The notes under the pieces: model-generated
The model's input: the letters and a program-made list of their open reading frames with translations, nothing else
Databases searched by the model: none
What the model was told of the DNA's origin: nothing
NCBI GenBank assembly: GCA_030704615.1
Contig: CM060732.1
Span: 43,772,001-43,836,000, forward strand
Origin: Takakia lepidozioides
Lineage: Eukaryota; Plantae; Bryophyta
DNA: 64,000 bases
Reading direction: 5' to 3'
In this document: one piece after another, positions 1 through 12,600 of the stretch
How the letters are laid out: every line of letters begins with the position of its first letter
Position numbering within the stretch: position 1 is the stretch's first letter
Position numbers and translations under genes: made by a program

Positions 1-53
1 CTAGTGTCTCAAAGGCAAAATCACCTTATTACAGCCGCAACAGAGAGAAGTGC

Positions 54-3000
54 CTAATAACCAGAGGGAGTAATCACGTCATCAATCTTGAGAATCATTT
101 TCACCACCTGGGTTGCCAGAAGCATCTGCTGCTTTTTACCAATCAGTGTCTCGAACACGTTTTGCTCTCTCATGTCATTTGTCCCTGTGTCATTGCAGTC
201 AATCCCCAAATATGGATTCCGTTCCTGCCAGTTGTGAAGGCACGGTCATTATGATACTCTGATAGGACAAGTTGGGAAGCGAGAGGTGGCAATCACTAGA
301 CCAGTACTTGCAATGACAATTCTATAATATTTGAATGGTAACATCTGACCTGGTCATTACAAATTCTGATGAAAAGTACGCCAAAGAGCATTGACTAAGC
401 AATCCATTGCTAACAAGCGCTGTCCCTATTAGGTCAGACAACTCTATGAGAGATCCAACTGGCTCTTTACCTTGATTTGTTGTGCTTTGACAACCGTCAA
501 CGTGTTGATGGGCTGCAAACCACTGTTCTCTGCCAGGGCCATGGGCACCATATCAAGTGCATCTGCAAATGCCCTCATGGCATACTGGTAACCAACAACC
601 AACAGAGCATCCCGTATTAGTAACATAAGCTCAACATGTTCTGACACACAAAAGCAAACTGATGCAAGACATCAACACTAGACAAAAATTTCCTCATCAA
701 CAGTTCCTGTGAGTGGACTACAACATATACCAGAGGGAATAGTCCCTGAGTTACTGCTTTCACCTACCAGGATATGCAACTCCATCCTAAAATAACACAG
801 CAATTGTCTCAGACAAATTTTTTGCAGGATACTACACAGGCAATGAAACTCAGTGCAACACAAAGGAGTGAGACAGAACCTGTTCCACACCCGGAATCTT
901 ATCAGCGGCTGCCTCAACAGCCAAGGAACAGGAAATCTCAGCTGATCCACCACCGAACACAATCGAATTGTCACGAATCAAGTTTCTTGCGACACATAGA
1001 GCATCATGCAGACTCCGCTTTGTCTCCTCAATCATCATTTTGTTTCCTGTTCACAAACAGTTAAGGGCCAACAGAACACCAGATCATCCGGATCTGTACC
1101 ACTCCTGACTACATACACTACTAACTAAAAGAGCGAGTTCGCTTCTTGCAAAGCAGATAGGTAAGACATCACCAATGAACAGAGACCTTTTAACCTGGAC
1201 CACAAACCACAAACAACAAAATTTCAACATGGAGCTATAAGACCTTCAGGATTCCTTCTGGGCATGCAAGATGGACAGTTCAAAACCAGTTTTTTCAGGG
1301 GAGGGACAGCCTTTGATCCTTACCACGGGACCTGATGCTATCAGACACCCACAAGTGCATCAATGAGTCTTTAACTTGGACTACACAAGTTTGCAGCAGG
1401 TCAAGGCACCACAGGAACCCTCCAGGTGCACCTTACTAGTCATGCTGGGAGGAGTTGCACAGCCAGACAGTGGATTCCCGAAGAAGATACATAACATGCC
1501 TCTATGTCCTCTTCTTTGTATAACATGTCAGCAAGGACAGGAAAGATTGTACTCATAAGACGTTGTTTGCCGTAGCCTTGTGGCCATTGACCCCGCGCCC
1601 AGTTTGAGCGGGAACAAAAGGGACAGAACCTACCTCTGTCAGGGGCTGACGTTGGTAGTAAGACTTACCTCCATATAAAGAATTAATCCGGGTTTTCCAG
1701 ATATCCTCTAGAAATCCCTTCACACAAGCATCAATCTGCTGTGTGTGATTTGCCCAAAAACTAGGCCTCAGGAGGGCCTGGGCTTTTGGCTCAGCCTCGA
1801 GACTTTCAAAGTTGGTAAACAGGGGTACAGGCACAATTCCCTTAATAGTCTTCAGATTGCCCACACAACGGGCAATTGCACTCTCCCTTTCCTCTCTGCT
1901 TCTGTTTGCTGTTCAAAGGTAGGCTTCCTGCCCTGAGTTTAAATTTCAGTCTAGTGCCGAGAGTGGGTAGACCCTTGAGGTCATCCAAGATGTCCTCCCC
2001 CATGTCACAGACTGGAAACAAGTTCAGGGAAGTTTTCTGCCTAACTTCATTTTCATCAGACAATCTCATGGCAACAGACATGGCTGAGGACACTACAGCC
2101 TCTAAGTCAGATTTATCCAGCAGGGTCAAGACTTGCGGATCCAGGTCCAGGTCCTTGAGGATCTCTTCTACTCTCTTCTGCCAGGACTTAGCCTGTTTGA
2201 CAGGGCGGTCCTGTTTCCAAGATATAGAGTCGATTAATTTAGGATATCTGGTGTTGGGCATATGTTGCAGCTGACCCCACCATCTGACCTTGAATTCATC
2301 TCGTCGGGAGCTTAAGGACGGAATGCCAAACTCACCCCGAACAGCCACATTGGCTGTTTTGGAGCATGCTGACATACACTCCTTAAGCACCCCCACTTGA
2401 ATGGATTCTAGAGACTTAGCCTGGTTGGAGTTATCAACCCATATAGCAGATCCGTACTCCAAGGCAGGTCTAATAACGCGACAAAGGGCAGGAAAGATAG
2501 AAAGGGCAAGGGAACAAAAAGGTAAAGCCCTCCCAAAGCCCCAAACTAGAAGCCGTTGGCACAAAGGACGTCCAAGGTCTCGCACAAACAGACTCAGACA
2601 CCAGAGGGAAGAACCTACCACCACGAATGAAGATGGTGACAGCTCTAGAATTGGCACACTGCTCAATGTAGAGCATTCGGTCCTTTGTTGTTCCAAAGCT
2701 TTTCTCCCGCACCAATCCAGCCTGGAAAGGTACCCACAAAAGACATGTAGCATCCAGACATAACAATACATTGATACCTTCACTGATGTCAAAACTAGGA
2801 AGTTAATGCTGTTTGCAGACAAGGAAATAGCCTTCCTACCAGTGCACCTCCACTTCATTGTGAAGAAGACCCATCCAAAGGAACCTTTCCCAAGAGCCAA
2901 AGAAATCATTTAGCACGAGACTAGTTGTGGTATGTTACACTTTCCTACTGTTTAGATCCTGAAATAGCATATTCCTCAGTTCAGAAAGTAGCCTGAGAAA

Positions 3001-5389
3001 TGAGCACTACCTTGCCCAGCTTGTCGGGTGTAAGCTCTTGAAATCTTGGGACAATGCGGCCACCTGCCCACCAGCTCCACAGGGGAATGCAACCATAAGC
3101 TTTCAATCTAAGAAAGAGAAGGATGCACTGCAATTCCTGTTGACCGATATCAAATAGTGAAAAACATCAATCATCATATGAGATGCTCTAAACCTCGCAT
3201 TTCAGTGTAAGTCTTCCTTACAGCAGCAAAAATGAAAAACATCACTCGTTGTAAGAGAAGCTCTAATTCAGCGTCATTCTTCCCTACAGCAGTAAACGAA
3301 TCACTGGACATACATCAAAGTGAGAACCACAAACCTGTGGCAATAGCAATGAGCTCCAACTCCACTCCTCCAACCCACCGTACAGCTGGTAACCCACGGT
3401 GCATCAGCAAGTGATTGGCTTCGTCATCAAAACCCCATTGACAGATCACTAGTGTGGCACCAGCATCCTGCACACGAGTACAGAGATCAGATATCTTTCA
3501 TATCCAAGCCTGCAAAATCTGCAGAATAAGCAAAGAAACATATCTCATACCTTGCACTGCTGCACCATCTCATCGAAGTACTTCTTCTCAGAATCGCGCA
3601 GAGCTGCAAACTTCTCAACCGAGTCAATGTCCACCTTATGCTTGGTCTTGGGCTTTGGGGGTTCAAAGGGGCACGTCAGGATGGCAATTTTAGCATTCTC
3701 AATTTGCTTCGGCATCTGGGGGTGGCTCATATCCTTGTCAACCACTATACCATAGACAAGCTCTGTGTCTTCTAGCTTTCCCCCCACTTTCCCTTCCACT
3801 TTGATCAGATCCAGATTCACATCTTGCCTCTCTAGGTCAGCCACTGCCAAAACAGCTTTCACAGCAATCTCTGCCAACATCCGCTTACACCGTCCCACAC
3901 TGCAACACAGAATGCCAACCCCAGGGTTAGTCCAGTGGGAATGTTGCCCCTTGCTTTTGAGCTAGTCATATGATAGATTAGAACAATCCAGGATGCAACT
4001 GTTTCAAATAGATGTCTGAAAGAGAAGCACAAGTGGGAGAAGTACAGAATAAAGCACAGAAGTACAGAATAAAATTGAGTTCATAAATGAAGCTTCAGAG
4101 AGAGAAACTTGTACATCTTAGAAGAGAGGGTGGTCATGCAAGTCTGGACAAGCGCCTCAGAACTGGAGAGGCTGAACTCAAATTTGTGTGCAATAAGTGA
4201 CAGGTGATCCACTGCCAGCTTGGAAGCCATTTCATAGCCCTCAGCCACCCGGATAGGATGAATTCCCCGTTCTAGCAGCACCTCAGCCTGCTCAAGTAAG
4301 GCTCCAGCCAATACCACCACGCCAGTTGTCCCATCACCAATCTCATAGTCCTGGCTTCGAGAGAGCTCCACCATCAGCTTCCCTATTTGGTTTTCAACCT
4401 CCATCTGCTCCAAGATTGTAGCCCCATCATTTGCTGCCATACATCACAAAACACCTAATATCAGTTCATTGCCAAAGGGTTGACCATGCAAGCAACAAGC
4501 AGTATGCCAGAGTTTGATTTTTACCCTAACCTTACCAGAAAATATGCATGTGGCCAAAAAGCAAGGTGCAGAGATGGAAAGCAGCATGAGGTTCTTCAAC
4601 ATGTGTAAGGTGTACATAGAGCAGTCGAGAATTTTTTCTGTGGGACTTATAATCTCCATTAGGAGAAAAACACATGAGGAATGCAGAAGCACTGCATGAG
4701 TCCCTATACTGATTAGATGCAAACTCCAAATCTGAGGTGATACAGGCACGAGTGTACACAATGATCTGCCAACCAACTGGGCAGGGCCCACTCAAACCAA
4801 GACAGAAAAGATCTTGACTGGAGCTGTGTGCAGTTGCTATGCATCCTCAGGTCATAGTGTGTCTAAACGTCTAAACCTCGGAGCAAAGCACATCTAGCCA
4901 TAATCTGACCTTAACTGGGTAAAAATTGACGGAACCCTAAAGGCAATAATGTTCTTTCTTAGCGAGATGACAATCTTCTAAGGAACGATGAGACAAAACA
5001 GAAAGACAAAAACGTGACCAGGACACAGCTCCAGAGGGAACCCTGACAACACCATAAAAAGACAAACTCAAAAATCACGGAATGAGGTGAAAAACTGCGT
5101 ATCAGGTTATTGGAGATCACATGAATTATTCGAGAAAGGGTTGAGAGATAACAAGCATATACTACCAAGAAGACAAGAAGAGGTTCTCACTGATGGTGAC
5201 GTCGCCGTCGGCACTCTGCAACATCTTGTCCATGCCCTTGGGGCCAAGAGAAGTTCGCAAAATGCGAGCCACGGATTTGGCCGCCATGATGTTGGCCTTC
5301 TGTGCATCCAGCCCCCGCACCCGCGATTTCTGTTCCTGCTCGCGGATGATGATGAACGGCCGCCCATACTCGTCGAACGCCAACGCCAT
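54..5389 (-). CDS. CCT5: T-complex protein 1 subunit epsilon (chaperonin CCT5), about 9 exons
   Basis: Exons translate to [15 protein letters not shown]..., [10 protein letters not shown]...[25 protein letters not shown]..., [43 protein letters not shown] and ...[11 protein letters not shown]. Approximate exons 5191-5389, 4116-4433, 3551-3900, 3334-3467, 3011-3064, 2618-2722, 878-1047, 471-585, 54-224, with GT-AG introns. Confidence 0.96.
1548..2486 (-). mobile_element. 5'-truncated non-LTR retrotransposon (RTE-X-like LINE) in a CCT5 intron
   Basis: Encodes the RT C-terminus (IRPALEYG...) and the CPLC zinc-knuckle region. Near-identical to 25069-26064 except for a 62-bp deletion and a 6-bp indel. 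Flanked by a 15-bp TSD aagg(a/g)caggaaagat at 1533-1547 and 2484-2498. Confidence 0.9.
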
Positions 5390-5669
5390 GGCTGCAAATA
5401 CAAAATGCAAGCCAATGCAACCTCCTAACCGTCGCTACAGTCGTGTCTCTGGCGCGCTGTGTGCACGCAACCTACAATTCCAATTGCGACCACCTGCCTT
5501 CCCGCCCCCTCTGCACCGATCCCTTGAAAGCCCCCCTCACCACAACACCTCTGAAACACATGGTGCTAGGAAGAAAGATCCCAAAACCCTAATAAGAGAG
5601 AGAGAGAGAGGCTGCAGGAAGAGTGAGGGAGATTTTGTTTAACTATTTACATGAATTCGCCTTATATTG

Positions 5670-7360
5670 ATTTTTCCTACCCTCAGGATAAGGGTATATA
5701 TGATTTTGGGGGTCAAACTTATCCTCAGGGTAAGGGTATAATTGTTTTTTGAAAATATTTACCCTCCGGGTAAGGGTATATAATTTTTTTGGTAGACATT
5801 TACCCTAAGGGTAAGGGTATTGGGTGCCACATATACCATGAGGGTAAGGGTAATTGCAGGATAATGGTACCATTTTTATATCCTTGGATATCCCAGGGTA
5901 ATTATAAAGGGTAAATTAATCTAATTAATTTAATTTGTGAATTTTATTAAATACTTAGAATAAAGCATTTCAACTATGTAACATCCCCATTATATAGAAT
6001 TTAAGGGGCTATGCCTTTTTTTCTTTTTTCTTTTTTCTTTTTTAAATAAAAAGGCATTGGCCAATTCAATAATTTTTGGGGAAAAATTAACCCCATTGAT
6101 GGCATAAGGCATGATACACATCCATGGCATAATCAAGAGAGACTGCCGAACCTGCCATGACGAGGACCAAAAAGGTCCGGGGATGAGAGGACGGTCGACC
6201 ATAGTCGGCCATACCCCATGCAGTTCAATGATGCATAAATGCAGAAAATTAAATGTTGTGTTGTACCCCTACGAAGAAGGATCAAAATTTGTAACTGCCT
6301 GCCTAGTGAGGACTTTTGACTAGCATTCTGGAGAGCCCAGGAAGAAAGACGATGTGATCAGTGATCGAAGTTGAGCTTCAACGAACTCTTGCCCTTGATG
6401 TGTCTCCAGTTGATGTCTCGGTCAAAGTCTGGCGATTCAGGGTAGTGGCGAGTTGCAATTTCTCCATTCTTGAGGGATGGAACCCCAAATGTAGGTTGTT
6501 GGCGCATGCCTTTTATTTTGAAAAAATAAATTATTTACTTTTTTTGTGGCTTATGAATAGCAAAATTTTAGCCCTCATTTATGCTCCTCTAATGGCCCTA
6601 AAATATAATAACAAAACAAGGCATTTGATCATAATGAGGTCCAAAATCACCAGCGCTTGAAGCAGACTCTTTGCACGATAGAGAGAATGGCGGGGACTGA
6701 GGAAGGAGAGAGCTCGGCAGTAGCACACGCTTTTTGCAAGAAGGAGAGAGTGGCAAGGACCGGTCTTGGAGCATAAGCTGCGGCCAGAGGAAGACCAACG
6801 AAGGGAAAAAAATAAAAAATAAAAATAAAAATGCTAGTGTTTGCCTTCTCTACTAGCAAATACCACACCTACCAATAGTTGGTAGCTCAGATGGAAAGTG
6901 CACTTATTGCCACCCAGCAGGTTCTGGGGTCAAATCTTGCTACCTTGATGGCTGTGGTATGTTGTGGGCGGTGTCCCATGCGTAAGCCTTCACGGCGAGG
7001 TTACTCTGAAAGAGGTTATTTTTTCCTCTCACTATAACTAAGGGGACTGATTTGTGAGCTGTCCCTTTAAAAATATATAGATATATATATATACCACACC
7101 TAAACCTAAACCTAGTAATCAAATTATTATACCCTTCCCTATTACCCGGCCATTGAACAGATTTACCCTCAGGGTAAGGGTATCCTTCCAAATTTCAAAC
7201 CCCAGTGTATAATCCATTAAGGGTACAACAAAAATAATCACCCCTGACAAGGGTAGGGTAAGGGTATTTTGGAATTTCCAGGGTACGGTATATCCATATA
7301 CCCTTATTGGGTTTTACCCTCAGGGTATAATGGCAGAAAAAGGGTATCCTTCCAACATTG
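5670..7360. mobile_element. Non-autonomous hAT-like element, left terminus not found
   Basis: Clustered taccctNNgggtaagggtat subterminal repeats at 5670-5910 and 7120-7350. Right end ...ccttccaacattg resembles the termini of the other hAT elements here. Confidence 0.55.
6872..7090 (+). mobile_element. tRNA-derived SINE (family 1)
   Basis: A box tagctcagatgg and B-box-like gggtcaaatc, 3' ctgtcccttt followed by an A/(TA)n tail, 12-bp TSD ataccacaccta at 6860-6871 and 7091-7102. Confidence 0.8.
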
Positions 7361-7406
7361 GTTTGAACCCCGGATCACCTGGTTATATGATTAGGTAAGT
7401 TGGAAC

Positions 7407-8144
7407 CAGTGTTGGACCGGTATGTGGGGGTGAGACGAGGTATCAGCACGGGTAAGGGTACCATACCAGGCGGGGATAAGCAACTGGCGATACCCTGGGC
7501 AGAACATATTGGGGGCAATATAGTATAATGCTAATACCTGGGCTCCTACCAGACTAGCCTGGTATCGCAAGGAACGCAACTTTGTTGATACCAGTACTAT
7601 GTCTTCCACCGTCGCTTGCACCCTAGGTATCAATATGTGGAGCGTTAGGGATTTAGGGTGCAGCAATGGAGAGTTGCGGCTCTTTGATTGAGACGATCTG
7701 AATGGCGATTTTGGGGGCTCTGGTTTTGCCATTCAAAATTCTGCTTAGGCTTGGAGCATTGTCTCATTTATCAGCCTGTAATATGGCTCTTGTAAGGTGA
7801 CCTCAAATTACCTAAGGTGAGATCTAGCTCCTTGTTATTATAAATTGCGGCACTCAACCGCTGAAGTGCTCACCTCAGCGGTATAATTTGGACAGATTTT
7901 TATTTTTCAGTTTAAAAAATAAAAATAAAAAATTGTATTGATACCAGTATTGATATACCCCTAATATAAGATTTGAAATTTGAAATACTGATACCATACC
8001 ATACCAAACCAATATACATACCAGACTGGTACATTAAAAGCTTAATACCTATCTTGATACCATTACCTGCCAGGTATGAAGGAGGCCTCTGACAATACTA
8101 TTCCCTGGCTGGTATGAAATGTTGATGATACCGGTCCAACATTG
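7407..8144. mobile_element. Non-autonomous hAT element (MITE), 738 bp
   Basis: 17-bp TIRs cagtgttggaccggtat / ataccggtccaacattg (1 mismatch), perfect 8-bp TSD gttggaac at 7399-7406 and 8145-8152, many ggtat/atacc subterminal motifs. Confidence 0.92.
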
Positions 8145-8862
8145 GTTGGAACCAGAGCGAATAGGAATGCCGACACTCTAGACAGTTTCTCTTCCTCAAT
8201 ACCACCATTCCATCTCCAACTCAAAGAAGTCAAGCTCGTCACTGGTGCATGCCAATGGGATCGTAGACGTGTCAGGCAGGTGAGGCCGGTGTAACTAAGA
8301 GCCATTTCGCCTTGCGGCTACTGCGCCCTTTTCGGGGGTGGGCCTTATAAAAGAAAAGATGCGAATCTCAGAGGGTCTTGCTCAATCGAGCAGATAGTGG
8401 GCAAATCTAGAGCTGCTCGCGACTATGTAATGACGTTCTTCATTCACTGGCTTCCTCTTGGTTGACCACTCTTGGGAGTGGACTCCCCAAACCATCTTCC
8501 AACCAGTGGGCTTTGGTGGTCTTGCAGGGGCAGCTCCTGTGGTATTTGTCCATGATACTTCTCCTTTAGGTCATGTGTTATTCCCTTTTAGAATTGACAC
8601 GACCACCTTGACTCTCCATCTCATCAACGTCAATCCTATTTCTACCCTCCATATCCCCCTGACTCCAATTGGAGTTTGCTGCTGGTCTGATTTGTTAGGT
8701 GCCTATGGAGCCCGGACTGGAACCGCGAACCAGTCCATCAGAGAAGAACGTAACCACTGAAACTTCGGAGCTGATCTTTACGGACACCTGCAGGTGACAA
8801 GATTTCAGGCAAGCTAATGGCTTTAAGAGGTTAGGGATTCGTGATGAAGAACGAGCACTGTG

Positions 8863-9590
8863 TGTCGCGGCCCTTTGCCTTGAGGGCAGGGGGTCGGGAT
8901 ACATGAGGGGCTGCCCCTGTGGTGGGGGCAGCAACAGTGATAGGTATTGGGGGGCTGAAGCACCCTTGAGTGCCCAAGGCACTCAGGGAAGCGGAGGCGC
9001 TCACTAGGTGGAGCCCCGCACACCGGGTTGCGGTGGGGGTGGCTCCACAAGGGGTGGTGGTAGCTTAGCGGGACTTAGTGGGGGTGGCATAGGACTCACC
9101 ATGGGGGCGGAGAACTCATGGTGGGAGTCGTGGGGAGTCTTGGGACTCATCACAGTCCATAGGGGCCGTGGTGAGTGGGCCAAGACTCACCGCGACTCAT
9201 CACCGGGAGTCGAGGGTTTTCGTGGTGGTTCGCCAGAAAATGGCATGGCTGGTTGTGAAACCCCCGCGGACAGCTACAGAAGTATATATAGGGAGTAGTA
9301 ACCCCGAGAACGGTGCAAGCCCGTTGGTGACCAAAAACTAGTGAGTAAGCGAGCGAGCCGGAAAGCGACCAAAGAGTGGGGAGCTGTTCCGGACTGCCAA
9401 TTACCAAAGGGAATTCCCGCTGGTTCCAAATCGGTGGAGGGTTCTTCGGGAGAACAAAGGGGGACCGTTATGCCCTGGTGAGCAGCCGAAGCTCCAAATT
9501 GGCCCGGCGGCCAGGTTGGGAGTTAGGCGCGCGCATCAAAGTGAATAACTATGACTTGAAGGGGAGCTTATCGAAGTGAGGTTCGCGACA
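8863..9590 (+). repeat. 5' LTR
   Basis: tgtcgcgg...cgcgaca; differs from the 3' LTR at about 21 of 728 positions by manual count, mostly transitions. Confidence 0.96.
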
Positions 9591-9645
9591 TTTGGTATCA
9601 GAGCTTAGAGTTCAGTACGCGATCATCCTTGGGATTGGCCTCATC

Positions 9646-12600
9646 ATGGGGTCGGGCAAGCCAAAGCGAAAGCGGAACGGCCCAAAAGATGATGATCCTG
9701 GTGAGCCCGATGGGGCCGACGTGTCACCGAAGCGACTGTTTGAGGAAGCGACGCACGTTTCTGAAAACGAGGCCGCTCAAGAGCGGGAGGAATCCGAGGA
9801 GTCGGAGCCCGAGGAATCCCTGAGAGCTCCGACAGACCAACAGATGCCTCCCATGCCGGCAGCTTTTTGGGAAGGGTTGTTGGCGTAGTTTGGCGGGACG
9901 TTGAAAGACGTGTTGAAGGCGGCTAATGCCACTTCCGCTAAGGCAAAGTTTAAGGTGAAGCCTAAGGAACCCGGCACCTTTGAGGGCGTCCGAAATCGGA
10001 AGGCACTCAACACCTGGCTCTTGGAGCTAGAGCAGTACTTCCGGGCGGCCAAGTTGAGTGACGAGGATCGGGTGGAAGTGGCTCCCACCTATTTGAGGGG
10101 CTATGCTCAACAATGGTGGCAGAAACACCTTCACGACCGAGATCCAAGCCCGGAAACCTTGAACTGGAGTGGGTTCAAGGAATTGATGAAGAGACAGTTT
10201 GTGCCCCTCAACGCGTCCTGGCTTGCTCGGGACAAGATGAGAAATTTGAAGCAAACAGATGACATTCGGGGGTATGTCCAGGCTTTCAATGTGCTGTTGC
10301 TCGAAGTCGCGGACATGGCAGAACCAGAAATGGTCTTCAACTTTGTGGCGGGACTGGCCCCATGGGCCAGGCGGAAGTTGGAGGAGAAGCCACCCAAAAC
10401 TTTGAATGAGGCAATTGAGAGGGCTGAATGTTTCGGCTGACGTTGGTAGTAAGACTTACCTTCATATATAGAATTAATCCGGGTTTTCCATAGGGGTGAG
10501 AGACAAGGCCGTACGGAGCTGAACCACAAGAAGACCCGGCGGGAAGGTGACTCCTTCCGACCGGAAAAGAAGTGGGATAGGCCACGCGGCGACAATGACA
10601 CGTGGAAATCGAAGGGAGGGCCTTCACACGTCAAGGCGGCACCCGGTGCTTCGAAAGGAAAAGCGGGTGGAGCGGCTTATGGCGGACAAAATGCGACCTT
10701 TGATGGAGTGTGTTTCAATTGCGGGGAGCCCGGGCACATGGCCAAGAAGTGCACGAAACCTCGACAATTGAACATGACTCGGGCAACCACGGAGCTGTCG
10801 GAAGATACCATCAGTCGCTTGGTGGAAGCGGTGGTCGCCAGGACTTGCAAGGTAGGCAAATATTCTTGTGAGTTGTATCAGGAAACTGACACATTGCGTA
10901 AAGGGAGTCACTTATTGTTCGTGGATGGGATAATATCCGGAACTAACGTGTCATTGTTGGTGGACACAGGAGCGTCGCACTCCTTCATGACACCGGCAAC
11001 GGCACAAAAGCTGGGACTCCCGACAACTGACGTAGGGGCCTCTATTGAGGTGCGTTCTGCCAAAGGAGAACCGCAATTGGCGACGAGGTTGGCGTTTGAT
11101 GTTCCTCTTCAACTAGGGAGTTGGGAGGGACGTGAGAACTTCACCATCTGCGAGATCGATGGAGCGGATCTCATTTTGGGGATGACATTTTTGAGCAAAT
11201 CCGGAGCGGTCATAGATGGCCGCAAGAGGATAGTCACGCTGCCATGTTGGAATGGTGGCGAGGTCTTACGAGTTTCGGAAACACCCAAACCCGTGGGAGG
11301 GCGAATAAACCTTTTGTCAGCAAGAGAGTGGGCCGTGGAGGAGGCACATGAGCCCCAATTTTTGCTCTACATTAGAGAAGTGAAGGGAGAAGGCAATGGA
11401 GAGCCGAGCCCAGATTGGATCAAGGGGATTTTGGAGAAATACCATGATGTGATGCCAGAGGATTTGCCAAGCGGCTTGCCACCGCGAAGAGGAGTTGACC
11501 ACAAGATTGAGGTGATACCGGGATCGGAACCGCCTGCCAAGGCGCCCTACCGGTTGAGCCACAGAGAGTTGGTCGAGCTGAAGACTCAGCTCAAGGATCT
11601 AATGTCAAAGGGGTACATCCGGCCGAGTAAGTCACCTTACGGAGCCCCGGTGCTATTTGCAGACAAGAAGGATGGGACGCTGCGGATATGTGTCGATTAC
11701 AGGGTTCTGAATAAGGTGACTATAAAAAACCGGTACCCTTTGCCAATGATAGACGACCTCTTCGATCGGTTGGCAGGAGCGAAGTATTTCAGCCGGATCG
11801 ACTTGCGCTCCGGCTATCATCAAATTCGAGTGGCGGAAGGAGATGAGGAGAAGACCGCGTGCAGGACGAGGTATGGTTCGTATGAGTTCTTGGTGATGCT
11901 TTTTGGGCTCACCAACGCACCCGCGACCTTTAGCATGCTGATGAATAGCCTTTTCCAGGAGTGGTTGGATGACTTTGTGATCGTGTACATCGACGACATC
12001 TTGGTGTATTCGAAAACAAAGGAGGAGCACCTGCAGCACCTCAAAAGGGTGTTCCAGAAATTGCGAGAAGGGAAGCTGTATGCCAAAGCTTCAAAGTGCG
12101 AATTCGGGGTCACAAAAGTGGAATTCCTGGGGCATACGATTACACAGGATGGGATCAAAATGGATGACAGAAAGATGAGGGCAATTTTGGACTGGGAGCC
12201 TCCGACTTCGGTCCCGGGAGTGCAATCCTTCCTAGGACTCGCCTCCTATTACCGGAAGTATGTGAGAAATTTCGCCAAAATCGCGGGTCCGCTGTCAAAC
12301 CTTCTGTGTAAATCTAAAGTCTGGGCATGTAACACCTTTTGTGGCCAAGCTTTTGCTGAATTGAAGCAGCGGATGGCGGAAGCTCCAGTCTTGAAAATCC
12401 CGGAGTTCGATCTTCCGTTCGAGATACATACAGATGCGTCGGACTTCGCAATTGGGGGTATACTGATGCAAGATGGACGTCCAGTGGCTTACGAAAGTAA
12501 GAAACTGAATGAAGTGGAGCGACGGTGGCCGACGCACGAGAAAGAGATGAATGCGGTGGTGCACTGTCTTGAGCTTTGGCGCCACTATGTTGGTTCCAAC

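Noticed and set aside
1842-2909. 355-aa ORF as a novel gene
   Set aside because: It is intron sequence read through into the LINE ORF and overlaps a CCT5 exon in another frame.
6872-6945. tRNA gene
   Set aside because: No convincing cloverleaf; the tail and TSD identify it as a SINE head.
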